Shown piece after piece: positions 1 to 9,874 of a stretch of 39,886 bases of DNA. Made by a program: the position numbers and the translations under genes. Every line of letters starts with the position of its first letter. The first letter of the stretch is position 1. The notes beneath the pieces are model-generated. The model did not search any database. It saw nothing but the letters and a program-made list of their open reading frames with translations, and had not been told where the DNA came from. The DNA is from a virus (lineage: Duplodnaviria > Caudoviricetes). Location of the stretch: IMG/VR virus record IMGVR_UViG_3300037482_000311, positions 1 through 39,886 of that record; one strand, written 5' to 3'.

Positions 1-122
1 ACAGTTCCTGCCGCGACGGTTTCGTGAATGATAACACGTCTTGCGGTGCTTCACCACCCCCTAAACCTTTGCTCAACGCAAGCGGTTATAGGGGGAGCAC
101 TGCACCGCATTTTTTGGTAGAA
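1..122. repeat. Inverted copy of 38566-38687 (probable chimeric contig end)
   Basis: 1-122 is the exact reverse complement of 38566-38687. It joins terL through a 6-nt microhomology GTAGAA (117-122). Confidence 0.95.
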
Positions 123-1649
123 GAGTTAAAGGCCGAGTTATTGGGGTCATTTTTGCTGTTTGTGCAGACATTTTTCCCATTGGTGACCGGCAAGCCGTTT
201 ATTATCTCAAATCCGCCCGGTCGTGAGTCTCATTTTATTACGATTGCCAGGGAATTAACGCTTGTTGCGCGCATGAAGTGCAACGCATTGAATATAAACG
301 TACCTCCCGGGTCAGGCAAATCGACGCTTTTGGCCATGTTTACGGCTTGGACAATGGCAAAGTTCCAGAATTCCCAATACTTGTACATCAGTTACTCACA
401 TGAGTTAGCCAGTAAGCACACGGCGTTCATCAAACAAATAATTGAGTGCCGGCAATATAAAGAGCTTTTTGGGATCAAAGTGCGATCAGATTCACGGGCA
501 AAAGACTTCTTTCAGACAGAGCAAGGCGCGTCGGTCAAGGCATTCGGTTCTAGTGGGTCAATCACGGGTCAGGATGCCGGTTTACCCCATTCAGAACACT
601 TTACTGGCTGCGTAATCATGGATGACTGTCACAAGCCCGGTGAAGTTCATTCAGACACCGTTCGTCAGTCGGTGATACAGAATTACCGCGAAACCATATT
701 GCAGCGTCCACGTGCCCCAAACGTCCCCATGATCTATATTGGGCAGAGGCTGCACGAAGATGATTTGCCGGCATATCTCTTATCGGGGAAAGATGTGCGG
801 GTATGGAAACCGGTCGTATTAAAGGCGCTGGATGAAGCGGGTAACGCGTTATACCCTGAAGTTAACCCATTGTCCCAGTTACTCGAACAGCAAGAGAAAA
901 ACCCGTATGTGTTCGCCTCTCAGTATCAACAGAACCCAATACCGGCGGGGGGTGCCCTATTCAAACCTGAAAACTTTGTTTTATTAGATGAAGAGCCCGA
1001 AATGTTGCTCACGTTTATTACCGCTGATACCGCCGAAACCAATAAATCCTATAATGACGCTACGGCATTTTCGTTTTGGGGCCTATATGAGATTGAAGAG
1101 ATGGGCATTAAAACGGGTCAAACCGGCCTACATTCTTTGGATTCCATCGAATTACGGATTGAACCCAAAGACCTACGCGCCGAATTTATGTCCTTTTATG
1201 GCGATTGCATGTTACACAAAACCAAGCCTTTGATTGCAGCCATCGAAAAGAAGAGTACTGGCGTCACATTATGCAGTGTGTTACAAGATATGCGGGGGTT
1301 GTCGATACGCGAGGTCAAGCGTACCAAGGCGTCGGGTTCCAAAACTGACCGTTACTTAGAGATGCAGCCCATCATTGCCTCGAAACTGGTATCATTTACA
1401 AAAGGGGCAAAACATGCCGACCCATTCATTACTCACATGATGAAGATAACGGCCAACGATACGCACCGACACGATGATTTGTGCGACACGATGTACGATG
1501 CTATTAAGCTAACTTTAATCGATAAAACACTAACTATATCACACAACCAGGATGGTTCGCATATAGTTAAGTCAATGGCCCAGGAAATGAATACCCGATT
1601 ACTCGCAAGGACGCGTGCATATGGAAACCAAGGACAAACCAGGTGGTGA
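117..1649 (+). CDS. terL: Terminase large subunit (true start at 39838 across the circular junction)
   Basis: Walker A-like NVPPGSGKS, Walker B VIMDD, QRLHEDD coupling motif, C-terminal RNase H-like nuclease (ITADTA...HDDLCD). Lies directly before the portal. Confidence 0.93.
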   Translation, partial: VEELKAELLGSFLLFVQTFFPLVTGKPFIISNPPGRESHFITIARELTLVARMKCNALNINVPPGSGKSTLLAMFTAWTMAKFQNSQYLYISYSHELASKHTAFIKQIIECRQYKELFGIKVRSDSRAKDFFQTEQGASVKAFGSSGSITGQDAGLPHSEHFTGCVIMDDCHKPGEVHSDTVRQSVIQNYRETILQRPRAPNVPMIYIGQRLHEDDLPAYLLSGKDVRVWKPVVLKALDEAGNALYPEVNPLSQLLEQQEKNPYVFASQYQQNPIPAGGALFKPENFVLLDEEPEMLLTFITADTAETNKSYNDATAFSFWGLYEIEEMGIKTGQTGLHSLDSIELRIEPKDLRAEFMSFYGDCMLHKTKPLIAAIEKKSTGVTLCSVLQDMRGLSIREVKRTKASGSKTDRYLEMQPIIASKLVSFTKGAKHADPFITHMMKITANDTHRHDDLCDTMYDAIKLTLIDKTLTISHNQDGSHIVKSMAQEMNTRLLARTRAYGNQGQTRW

Positions 1650-3747
1650 GTCTCTCAAGAAGCTTAACGAAAGCGGTGAGAAATTAAACAGTTTAAAGAA
1701 GCTCGTTGAAAATTCATACCAGTATTGGCGTAAGAATGCCGAACGGTACAAAGAATTCATGCGATTTATCTTTGATACCTCTCTGACCAACGAAGACATC
1801 GAAAAATTAAAGGCCCTCAAGAAACCAACACTCGAATTTAATGTGTTGGAGTCGATTGTATCGCGCCTACGGGGTGAGTTCGCCAAACAAGAGCCTTCTA
1901 TCATGGTCAGGGCAGCCGATGGCGTACCGCTCGTTAAAATGACCGATGAATTCCTTGCCACGTCCAAGATGTTAGAAAATCACATGCGCGCCTCAATTCT
2001 GGACTCTGAGAACGAGGGGCTGGCATACCGTGTGCATACCGACCAATTGGGTGGCGGTTATTCTGTTATGAAGGTATTCAACGATTACATTAATGAACTG
2101 TCCTTCGATCAAAAGATTTATGTACAACGCGTTTTCGATCCAACTCTTACAGGCTTCGATCCGATGGCACGGGAACCCCATAAAGGTGACGGCAATTACT
2201 GTTTTGAGCTATTCCCCCGTACAAAAGAGGAGTTTGAAGAAGAGTTCGGCAAAGGAATGGCAGAAGAGATGCGATTTTGTCGTGACGTCGGCGCATTTAG
2301 CTGGTCATATCCTCAGCAACAGCAAGATGTAGTATTGGTTTGTGAATTTTTTGAGAAGAAAAAGAAAAAGGTCAAAATCATCAAAATCTCTACAGGTCAT
2401 GTGGTTACCGAAAAACATTACAAAGAATTGTTGGAAAAATGGAACGAAAAGGGGTTTATTGAACAGCCCCCAGTAGTTGTGTCGGCCAGAATGAGTGAAC
2501 TGGAACACATTGTGCGGTATCGATTCTGTGAAAACAAGATATTGTCGTATGATGAGACCGATTATAAATACCTTCCCCTCGTATTTGTGGACGGCAATTC
2601 GGTCGACGTGAGCGATACTGTTAGTGGTGCGTCATGTCAAATGACACGTCCATACGCGTACCACGCCAAAGGTATCCAACAATTAAAGAATTATGCCGGC
2701 CAATGCGTGGGTTCCGAGATGGAAAACATGGTTCAGCACAAGTTCAAGGTGGCGTTTGAATCCATCCCCGATGATTACATGGAAGCGTATCGGAACATTC
2801 AGCAAGCCGACACATTAATTTATAATGCCTTTTTGAAGGGTGACACCAATATCCCGCTTCCCCCGCCAATGGAGATTCAACGTACCCCAACCCCGCCTAT
2901 TGTTGAAAATACCTTTTTGGGCGCAGACAAAGTTACCCAGTCAATTTTAGGGGCATACGACAGCGTATTGGGCGTTAACGATAAAGATGTGTCGGGTGTT
3001 GCGATCAGCAACGGCGCAATCCAGTCTGCAACGGCCAGCACACCCTATCTGGTGAGTTACATCCATGCGCTTAACCGTGTGGCCGTCATTCTCTTGGATT
3101 TGATCCCCAAGTACTATGTGACGCCGCGCTCCTTGCCCATCATGACCCCCGATGGAAAACGCAGCTACCAAATCATTAATGACGATGACGATCCCAGTAG
3201 CATAAAGATGGGTTATCAGCCTCAAGAGTTAGATGTTAAAGTCGAAGCCGGCGTCAACACCTCCATGCAAAAACAGGTCGCGTTAGACCAAATTATTCGC
3301 ATGATGCAAGCCAGCCCGTTATTCGCCGAATTCATCAATACCGAGGGTCTGGAAACCTTGATGGATAACCTCGATATCAGAGGAATCGATGAACTGAAAG
3401 TACGTGCCGGCAAATTCATGGAAGCCATGAAGAAACAGCAAGCCGAGCAAGCCCAACAACCAGACCCACAGCAAGAGATGTTGAAAATGGCCATGGAGGT
3501 CGAGCAAGCCAAGGTCGAGCAGCAACGCGAACGCGCCGAGGGTGAATTGGCTGTCAGTTCCGCCAAAGTCGCCATCGAGCAACAGAAAGTTGATATAATG
3601 GCAGCTCAAGCAATTGAGGATATAGAGAGTAACAAAGCCAAAATTGCCTTGGAACAAGAAAAGGTGGCTTCAAGTACGGCAAAAGATGCAGTTGATGCAA
3701 TATTGGGGCTGGTCAAACATAGGCAAGAAAGTTCAAAAGAAGAGTAG
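1615..3747 (+). CDS. Portal protein, P22 gp1-like
   Basis: 710 aa after terL; SGVAI motif, LLDLIPKYY, long Q/E-rich C-terminal coiled coil. ATG at 1621 is an alternative start. Confidence 0.88.
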   Translation: MHMETKDKPGGESLKKLNESGEKLNSLKKLVENSYQYWRKNAERYKEFMRFIFDTSLTNEDIEKLKALKKPTLEFNVLESIVSRLRGEFAKQEPSIMVRAADGVPLVKMTDEFLATSKMLENHMRASILDSENEGLAYRVHTDQLGGGYSVMKVFNDYINELSFDQKIYVQRVFDPTLTGFDPMAREPHKGDGNYCFELFPRTKEEFEEEFGKGMAEEMRFCRDVGAFSWSYPQQQQDVVLVCEFFEKKKKKVKIIKISTGHVVTEKHYKELLEKWNEKGFIEQPPVVVSARMSELEHIVRYRFCENKILSYDETDYKYLPLVFVDGNSVDVSDTVSGASCQMTRPYAYHAKGIQQLKNYAGQCVGSEMENMVQHKFKVAFESIPDDYMEAYRNIQQADTLIYNAFLKGDTNIPLPPPMEIQRTPTPPIVENTFLGADKVTQSILGAYDSVLGVNDKDVSGVAISNGAIQSATASTPYLVSYIHALNRVAVILLDLIPKYYVTPRSLPIMTPDGKRSYQIINDDDDPSSIKMGYQPQELDVKVEAGVNTSMQKQVALDQIIRMMQASPLFAEFINTEGLETLMDNLDIRGIDELKVRAGKFMEAMKKQQAEQAQQPDPQQEMLKMAMEVEQAKVEQQRERAEGELAVSSAKVAIEQQKVDIMAAQAIEDIESNKAKIALEQEKVASSTAKDAVDAILGLVKHRQESSKEE

Positions 3748-3749
3748 TT

Positions 3750-4349
3750 ATGACAGTTTGTTCAATAGATGGTTGCAGTGGGTTATTGAAGGGGAAAGGA
3801 TATTGTTTAAAGCATTACACAAGAATGCGACGGTACGGAAGCCCAGACATTGTACTAAAAAAGGGTGGAAGCACTCACGATAGGAAATATAAGACCGCGT
3901 TAGAAAAATTTCATGCGAATTACGAAATTGTCACCGAAAGCGGGTGTTGGATATGGAAAGGCAGTAGTTATAGGGCCGGATATGGGCAATTTAGGTATTC
4001 GAATATCATTATTGGCGCACATAGATTCTCATTCATGACGTTTAAGGGTGAAATTCCAGAAAACCATTTTGTATGCCATAAATGTGATACCCCGTCATGC
4101 GTTAACCCAGACCATTTGTTTTGTGGAACAGTTCACGAAAATTTCAAAGACATGCGTATAAAGAAAAGAAATGCGATAGGCGCTAAAAATGGACGCAGCA
4201 AATTGACCGAATACGACATTGTTAATATAAGAAAGTTAAAGGTTAGGCGCGGAGACACGGCCAGGATATGCCGAATATATGGAATATGTTATAGGACGTA
4301 TTACAGAATTCGATATGGTCAATTATGGAAGGACGTCGTTGATGCGTAA
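3750..4349 (+). CDS. HNH homing endonuclease
   Basis: CWIWKG...GYGQF...AHRFSF...VCHKCDTPSCVNPDHL; N-terminal CSIDGC...YCLKHY zinc module. Confidence 0.93.
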   Translation: MTVCSIDGCSGLLKGKGYCLKHYTRMRRYGSPDIVLKKGGSTHDRKYKTALEKFHANYEIVTESGCWIWKGSSYRAGYGQFRYSNIIIGAHRFSFMTFKGEIPENHFVCHKCDTPSCVNPDHLFCGTVHENFKDMRIKKRNAIGAKNGRSKLTEYDIVNIRKLKVRRGDTARICRIYGICYRTYYRIRYGQLWKDVVDA

Positions 4350-4554
4350 GAAGAAAGAGCAGAGTAATCCATTTGCCCAACCATGGTTTGACTGGACAAC
4401 GATGGATTCTGTGGAGATAAGAAAGGCCATTCGATTGGTTTGCATGATATTGCGGTCAAACAATGTCACTGAAGCCAGAATTACCCGATTCTTACATGAC
4501 ATGGGTTTCGATAAAAGAGATTTCCCAAATGCCCAGAAAGAACCCGGATCCTAA
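4342..4554 (+). CDS. Hypothetical protein
   Basis: ATG overlaps the end of the HNH gene and follows GGAAGGA; 70 aa. Confidence 0.5.
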   Translation: MRKKKEQSNPFAQPWFDWTTMDSVEIRKAIRLVCMILRSNNVTEARITRFLHDMGFDKRDFPNAQKEPGS

Positions 4555-4720
4555 CTGGCCATTTATAGATCGGAATTTGCAGAACCAAATGCTGGGTAGC
4601 CGAAAGGTTATTCGGTTAATGAAATTATGGGATACTAACGTCAGGCAAAGGATTCATGGAGAGGGTATGCCCGATGGAAGATTACGACAAGAGTATCAAG
4701 TTACAGTTAGAGATGGTTAA
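4529..4720 (+). CDS. Hypothetical protein
   Basis: Fills the gap between neighbours with overlapping ends; 63 aa from ATG 4529. Confidence 0.35.
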   Translation: MPRKNPDPNWPFIDRNLQNQMLGSRKVIRLMKLWDTNVRQRIHGEGMPDGRLRQEYQVTVRDG

Positions 4721-5687
4721 AAATATAGAGAAATCATTTCGAGACGTCCGAAGTTTTATATCATCCTCCTTAAAATACAGAATGGAGGCCAGCCAACGAA
4801 AAAAGTATTCAGACGAAATATTTTTACCCATTAATGCTTACACCTACTTTTTGAAAGAAATTGGATTTTCAGGAGACGAATTATCCAAGCAATCTGTGGC
4901 TTGTACGTTGAGCGCAGTTAGCGCATGGAACTTTACCCGACAGGTTTACAATATAAGTACGGAACTCTTTTTTGAGTTGGTAAAAACACCCTACAAAGAG
5001 GTTGTTCCGTTCGAGGTATTTAATAAATTTCCCAATTACGGTATTTATATTCGTTTGCTCAGTCCGGTTCAGCTTCAAGGGTCTTATGACTCGGTATTAA
5101 TGGGTTTCTGGTGTTCAATGGGGTATGCATTAAGGGGTGGCGATTTTAAAAACATTCTGGTGGTTCGTCATATATTTCACGCTTCTGGAAAGACCGAGGC
5201 CGACCCGGTGAATATTGCCTTGGTTAAGGGAAAGACGATTGCAGAGTCATTTAAAGAGACATTTAAATATCACTGTGGTCACGTGGGTGAAGACGAAGAG
5301 AAGGCGGTTGTTGATTTGAATTGTCGCTTATTGAATGTGATTCTTTATATTTGTTCAAGTAATTGCGAGATAATGGATGCCAGCCCCAACGTTACCCGTC
5401 ACCCCTTCAAATTGATGTATGGGAAAAAGAAAAAAGGGGTGTTTCAATTACTGCCCCCTTTAAGACCAAAGGTTCTCGAACTCGGTAAAAGTGTGTCGGC
5501 TAGTCTACAAGAATTCGGGCGCCTTTCAAAATCTTCTACCAGCCCCATTCGCCCTCACGTACGTCGTGCCCATTGGCATGGATTCTGGACGGGGCCGAGA
5601 AGTGGTGAGAGAGATTATATCTTGAAATGGATCCCCCCAATATTAGTTGGAACGAATAATGGATACATTGATAGAGCGGTTATTTAA
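4656..5687 (+). CDS. AcrVA2/FinQ-like family protein (candidate anti-CRISPR)
   Basis: SAWNFTRQVY...FPNYGIYI...GFW...ILYICS...RPHVRRAHWHGFWTGPR...LKWIPPILV matches the family motif order as I recall it. Likely start is 4674, after GGAGAGG. Confidence 0.7.
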   Translation: MERVCPMEDYDKSIKLQLEMVKNIEKSFRDVRSFISSSLKYRMEASQRKKYSDEIFLPINAYTYFLKEIGFSGDELSKQSVACTLSAVSAWNFTRQVYNISTELFFELVKTPYKEVVPFEVFNKFPNYGIYIRLLSPVQLQGSYDSVLMGFWCSMGYALRGGDFKNILVVRHIFHASGKTEADPVNIALVKGKTIAESFKETFKYHCGHVGEDEEKAVVDLNCRLLNVILYICSSNCEIMDASPNVTRHPFKLMYGKKKKGVFQLLPPLRPKVLELGKSVSASLQEFGRLSKSSTSPIRPHVRRAHWHGFWTGPRSGERDYILKWIPPILVGTNNGYIDRAVI

Positions 5688-5704
5688 CAAACAAGGAACA
5701 TGGA

Positions 5705-5968
5705 ATGAATGTATCGGAATTAAAGAAGTCGCCCAATCACGGTGTTATCAATGCGTTAAAAATTCTTTTGAAAGATGCCGAAGAGGGCAAATTAAGAAGT
5801 TTTGTGTCGGTCAATCAGTATCTTGCCGGAGAATTGGGGCAAATGTATGCGTTTGACAATAAATGCAACGATTATGCGCTTATAGGCTGTATGCAGGCAT
5901 TGATAATCCGGTTGTCAGACATAGCTATTCAAAGAAGCGAAGAAGTGTTCAACGAAGAAGAAGAATAA
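5705..5968 (+). CDS. Hypothetical phage protein
   Basis: 87 aa, AAGGAA RBS, acidic C-terminus. Confidence 0.7.
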   Translation: MNVSELKKSPNHGVINALKILLKDAEEGKLRSFVSVNQYLAGELGQMYAFDNKCNDYALIGCMQALIIRLSDIAIQRSEEVFNEEEE

Positions 5969-5977
5969 GTCAGCCAA

Positions 5978-6179
5978 TGAGCCTTGCACGTTTCTGCGGA
6001 TATGCTAGGCTCAAATTGAGCATGGATGGAATTTAGCACAGGACGTGCATTCTTAAACCCCTCCCACCTCACTGTACCGGACAGCTAAACCGGGGTCGAC
6101 CACTCATTTGACAAGGAATGTCAAACGCATACTGCAAGCGATACGCAGGACACACCGTCGCGGGGAAATAGCGGATTTT
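5978..6179 (+). promoter_or_regulatory. Putative promoter and structured leader of the scaffold/coat operon
   Basis: TTGCAC-16-TAGGCT inside an inverted repeat; hairpins and possible pseudoknots at 6071-6175. Confidence 0.45.
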
Positions 6180-6896
6180 ATGGATGAAGTAACACAGGAC
6201 GTGTTGGCTCCCGTTGAAGAGAAGATGCTTCCACAGAGCCAAGTAAATGACATAGTTAAGAGGGAAAAAGCGCAGGTTGCCGAACGAGTCCGGCGCGAAA
6301 TGGAAGCGGAAATGGCGCAAAAGATGCAGTCCAGTAATATGGGCGGCATATCTCAAGGGCCAGACATAGATGCGATCAAGCAAGAGGTGTTAAATCACAT
6401 CATGCAGAAAGCGCAGGAAATGGATGCCCAAGAGGAAAAGAAAGCGCAAGAAGCCCAGGCCGCAAAGGAACGCGAGGATTTACAGAAAGCCGCCGATGAT
6501 TTCTATCTGAAAATGGGTGCCGGCAAAGATAAGTACTCAGATTTTGAAGAAGTTATGACGGATTTTGAACCGCACGCCTTTCCAAGAGTCGCATTTTTGG
6601 CGGCAGAGACCGGATCGGACGGACAGCCCCTAGATACAGCGGGCATCATGTACGAACTGGCCAAGAACCCGGCAAAACTGACTCACCTTAATGACCTTGC
6701 GATGCATTCGCCGAAGATGGCAAAGAGAGAGATAGAAAAATTGTCTCAATCCATAACCAAAAATCAGCAAGCATTGCAAAGCAATGTCAGTCCCCGTGAA
6801 CCACTTCCACGCCTGAAATCAAGTTCTAGTGTCGGTGCAGACACGGGCGAGATGACGTTGAGAGACTTGAAACAGCAGGATTGGTTAAGAGGCTAA
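6180..6896 (+). CDS. Scaffolding protein
   Basis: E/Q/A/K-rich coiled coil immediately before the coat gene. ATG 6180 is preferred over the TTG at 6108. Confidence 0.8.
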   Translation: MDEVTQDVLAPVEEKMLPQSQVNDIVKREKAQVAERVRREMEAEMAQKMQSSNMGGISQGPDIDAIKQEVLNHIMQKAQEMDAQEEKKAQEAQAAKEREDLQKAADDFYLKMGAGKDKYSDFEEVMTDFEPHAFPRVAFLAAETGSDGQPLDTAGIMYELAKNPAKLTHLNDLAMHSPKMAKREIEKLSQSITKNQQALQSNVSPREPLPRLKSSSSVGADTGEMTLRDLKQQDWLRG

Positions 6897-6950
6897 ACGT
6901 TACTCCACCTGTCTCACCTTGGTAAACGGATTTTACAAGGATGAAACACA

Positions 6951-8195
6951 ATGAGTGTGCCAGCAAATATTCTTCAACAGGTTCAGACATACCAATTGTC
7001 GGGCCTTGCATTTATGCAAAATTTAAATTGTTTTATTGGGACAGCTAACACAAAATTTAAGAATTTTAACCAACTTGAAGCCAATTTGGGTTCCACTGTA
7101 ACCTTTGATTTGCCTCCAAGAATGACCACAACCAATTCCTTGGTTGCTTCATTCCAGCCAGCCGATCAGCGCGTACAGAGTTTGGTTGTTGATCAGCAAC
7201 AATCCGTCTCTTATGAGTTCACCGCCCAACAATTTATCTTCAATGTCAAAGATTACATGGAGAGATTTGGTAAGGCAGCTATCATAGAATTGGGTGCTCA
7301 AATCGAATCCAATGTGGCGGAAAATTGCGTTACCAACACCTATCGTTTTTACGGTGACGGTGTGACCCCTATTAACTCCTATGGTCAGTTGGCCAGTGCG
7401 TTGGCATTCTTCAGAAACTATGGCGCTATTGGAAGTAATGTAAAAGGTTATTTGAGTGATATTGCCGTGGCTGCGATTGTTAACAGCGGTCTGAATCAAT
7501 TTGCGATGGACAGAAATAACAAAATCGCAAATTCCTGGGAAGTGGGGATGTTCTCCAAATGTGACTGGTATCAATCTAACTTGCTACCCATTCACACCGC
7601 AGGGAACGTGGGTATCAACGGAACGACATTAACTGTTGTCAGTACCACCCTTGATTCTCTAGGGGCTGTCACCAGCATCACATTCAGCGGTGCCACTGCA
7701 TCCGATGCCAGTGCTGTCTTGCAGTACGATAAATTTGAGTTCCAAGATGGGGTATCTGGTCAACCTAACTTACGTTACTTAACCTTTGTGGGTCATAAGG
7801 TCTCTCAAAATCCTGTTCAGTTCGCGGCAACCGCAAATGCTGGGGCAACAGGTGGCGGACAAGTAACTGTTACCATTACGCCAGCATTACAGGTCAATGC
7901 GGTGAACACCCAAAACATCAATCATCCCATTGTGGCCGGTATGCAGGTTAAAGCATTACCAAGTCATCGTGCCGGGTTGATTTGCTCTGGGAACCCATTG
8001 TTCTTGGCAATGCCTTCGCTTCCCGACCAAACACCGTTCCCTACGGGTAACGCATACGACCCTGATACGGGTGTGGCCTTGCGTCAGTACTACGGTGCCC
8101 AATTTGGTTTGAACGCAATGGGGATGGTTCATGACTGCATCTGGGGGTCTACGTTGGTACCAGAAAATAGCATGGCATTAATCTTCCCGTTATAA
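6951..8195 (+). CDS. Major capsid protein, P22 gp5-like
   Basis: 414 aa; NLGSTVTFDLPPR N-terminal motif, beta-rich insertion domain, follows the scaffold. Confidence 0.88.
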   Translation: MSVPANILQQVQTYQLSGLAFMQNLNCFIGTANTKFKNFNQLEANLGSTVTFDLPPRMTTTNSLVASFQPADQRVQSLVVDQQQSVSYEFTAQQFIFNVKDYMERFGKAAIIELGAQIESNVAENCVTNTYRFYGDGVTPINSYGQLASALAFFRNYGAIGSNVKGYLSDIAVAAIVNSGLNQFAMDRNNKIANSWEVGMFSKCDWYQSNLLPIHTAGNVGINGTTLTVVSTTLDSLGAVTSITFSGATASDASAVLQYDKFEFQDGVSGQPNLRYLTFVGHKVSQNPVQFAATANAGATGGGQVTVTITPALQVNAVNTQNINHPIVAGMQVKALPSHRAGLICSGNPLFLAMPSLPDQTPFPTGNAYDPDTGVALRQYYGAQFGLNAMGMVHDCIWGSTLVPENSMALIFPL

Positions 8196-8225
8196 AAGGG
8201 TTTTGATGGGATCATCAAAATTGCA

Positions 8226-8254
8226 TTGACAGATAACTCCTTGAAAGATAATAT
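8226..8254 (+). promoter_or_regulatory. Sigma70-like promoter for the inserted endonuclease
   Basis: TTGACA-17-TAATAT, preceded by the inverted repeat TTTTGATG..CATCAAAA at about 8201-8220. Confidence 0.55.
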
Positions 8255-8283
8255 GTTTCAATTTTATCAGAGAGGAGTTAGAA

Positions 8284-8973
8284 GTGGCAAGAAGTATATA
8301 TTGCAGTAAATGCAAAGTTGAAAAAGAAGACCATCGGAAGTCGCAAAGTTATTGTCAAAAGTGTCGTACGGAGAGTCGAGTTGAGAAGCTTAAGAATGTG
8401 GTCAAAAAGGAACGAAAGCCACTTATCATGGATTACAAAGCCCGTCGTCCACGAGGTTCTGGCCCAAATCCTGTTTGCCCTGACTGTGGTGAACTTAAGC
8501 AAAATGTTAAACAAACCTACTGTAATCCATGCAGAAGTCGTCGTTCAAAAGAATGGCAACTTGCAACAGGAAGGATTGAAAAAACAAACACGAATCGATG
8601 CCCGTGCGGTGCTGAAAGGAAGCCAACTGAAAAATATTTTTGCACTGATTGCAAGGCGAAATCCGCTCAAAAACATCGTGAAAGGCTTGGTAATGAAAAG
8701 CAAGCTGCCTATCAGCGGGAATATTATGAACGGAATCGTGAGCGACTATTGGAAAGGCGAAGAACCGACCCGAACCTCAAGCTTAAGCATTCGGTCAGGA
8801 CGTTTACCAATAGTGCAATCAAGGCTGGAATTCTCACTCGGCAACCATGCGAAATATGTGGCGCCATCGAGAAGATTGAAGCCCATCATGACGACTATAC
8901 TAAGCCATTGGACGTTCGGTGGTTGTGTAAACTTCATCATGACGAGCATCATGGAAATCGAGTCGTTATTTAA
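8284..8973 (+). CDS. Zinc-finger-rich HNH-like endonuclease
   Basis: Several CxxC pairs; C-terminal PCEICG...EAHHDDYTKPLDVRWLCKLHH. GTG start after GAGGAG. Confidence 0.8.
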   Translation: MARSIYCSKCKVEKEDHRKSQSYCQKCRTESRVEKLKNVVKKERKPLIMDYKARRPRGSGPNPVCPDCGELKQNVKQTYCNPCRSRRSKEWQLATGRIEKTNTNRCPCGAERKPTEKYFCTDCKAKSAQKHRERLGNEKQAAYQREYYERNRERLLERRRTDPNLKLKHSVRTFTNSAIKAGILTRQPCEICGAIEKIEAHHDDYTKPLDVRWLCKLHHDEHHGNRVVI

Positions 8974-8990
8974 TTCTCCAAAGGAACTTA

Positions 8991-9018
8991 GGGGGTTCTC
9001 CATGACCCCCGCTTTTTT
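8991..9018 (+). terminator. Intrinsic terminator
   Basis: GGGGGTT-CTCCAT-GACCCCC followed by GC and T6. Confidence 0.75.
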
Positions 9019-9038
9019 AACTAGATAAGGAAATTTAA

Positions 9039-9863
9039 ATGAGTACACCAAATTATCCCGTCGTCAACGATGGTTTACTATATGTAAACGGCTGTAATTT
9101 AACTTGGATCAGCACCACATCAATTAGTGTGAGTGCCGGTCAAGTTCGTGATTCCACCAATGTGAATGATATTGTTATATCAAGTGCCTGCACTGTCAGC
9201 ATCAGCTCGAGCGGTGTTGTGAATGCTTTGGATACCGGAACAATCGCCGCTTCCACCATGTATTCTGTTTACGCCATTGGCGATTCCACTGGGTTTCGCA
9301 CAAACGGTTGCTTACTGTCATTAAGTGCCACCCAACCTACCCTTCCTTTTGGGTATGACATGTATCGTCGTATTGGTGCTATCTCTATCAACGGCAGTTC
9401 GCAGGTTCGTCGCTTTATGCAAGTCGGCTCAGGAAATGCTCGGGAAATGTTGTACGATCCAGGGACAGGCCCAAGCACGGCGGGTGTTGTCATTCCTTCC
9501 AGCGGTACCGGCGGTTCAACCTCTTACGTGAATCTTGGGTTGTTAATAAGTCTGGTTCCTCAATTAGCCATTGATTGCATAATTAATGTTGCGTTCACCC
9601 CCAACTCCGCCAACAACGTGCTTTACTTGGCAGCACCAACCATTGATAACGGAACCACTGCTTGCGTCGGCTCTATGGCCGCAATGTCAGCAGCCGCAAC
9701 CGGAAGTGCGCAAGTGGGTGTTGTGCGTGTTCCCTGTTCGCTGCCTAACGCCACCCAGATTGCCGCACTGACTATCTTAAGCAAGGTCACCATTCTTTAT
9801 GCCACAACGTCTGCAAGTGACGCAGTGGTGTTCTTGTTAAACGGATATGTCGACCAATTGTAA
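9039..9863 (+). CDS. Virion structural protein
   Basis: 274 aa, S/T/G/V beta-rich, in the head-tail module. Confidence 0.6.
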   Translation: MSTPNYPVVNDGLLYVNGCNLTWISTTSISVSAGQVRDSTNVNDIVISSACTVSISSSGVVNALDTGTIAASTMYSVYAIGDSTGFRTNGCLLSLSATQPTLPFGYDMYRRIGAISINGSSQVRRFMQVGSGNAREMLYDPGTGPSTAGVVIPSSGTGGSTSYVNLGLLISLVPQLAIDCIINVAFTPNSANNVLYLAAPTIDNGTTACVGSMAAMSAAATGSAQVGVVRVPCSLPNATQIAALTILSKVTILYATTSASDAVVFLLNGYVDQL

Positions 9864-9874
9864 GGGGTTGAAGA

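Noticed and set aside
24-116. N-terminal 31 aa of ORF 24..1649 as part of TerL
   Set aside because: It derives from the inverted copy of 38572-38664; the in-frame native start is at 39838.
8172-8195. Coat 3' end ATGGCATTAATC resembling ATGGCATTAAATC at 16882 as a shared endonuclease target
   Set aside because: Only ~10 bp match, and the adjacent nucleases belong to different families.
8318-9028. 236-aa same-strand ORF overlapping the HNH gene
   Set aside because: No RBS or recognisable motif, and it runs through the terminator; the other frame holds the Cys/His motifs.
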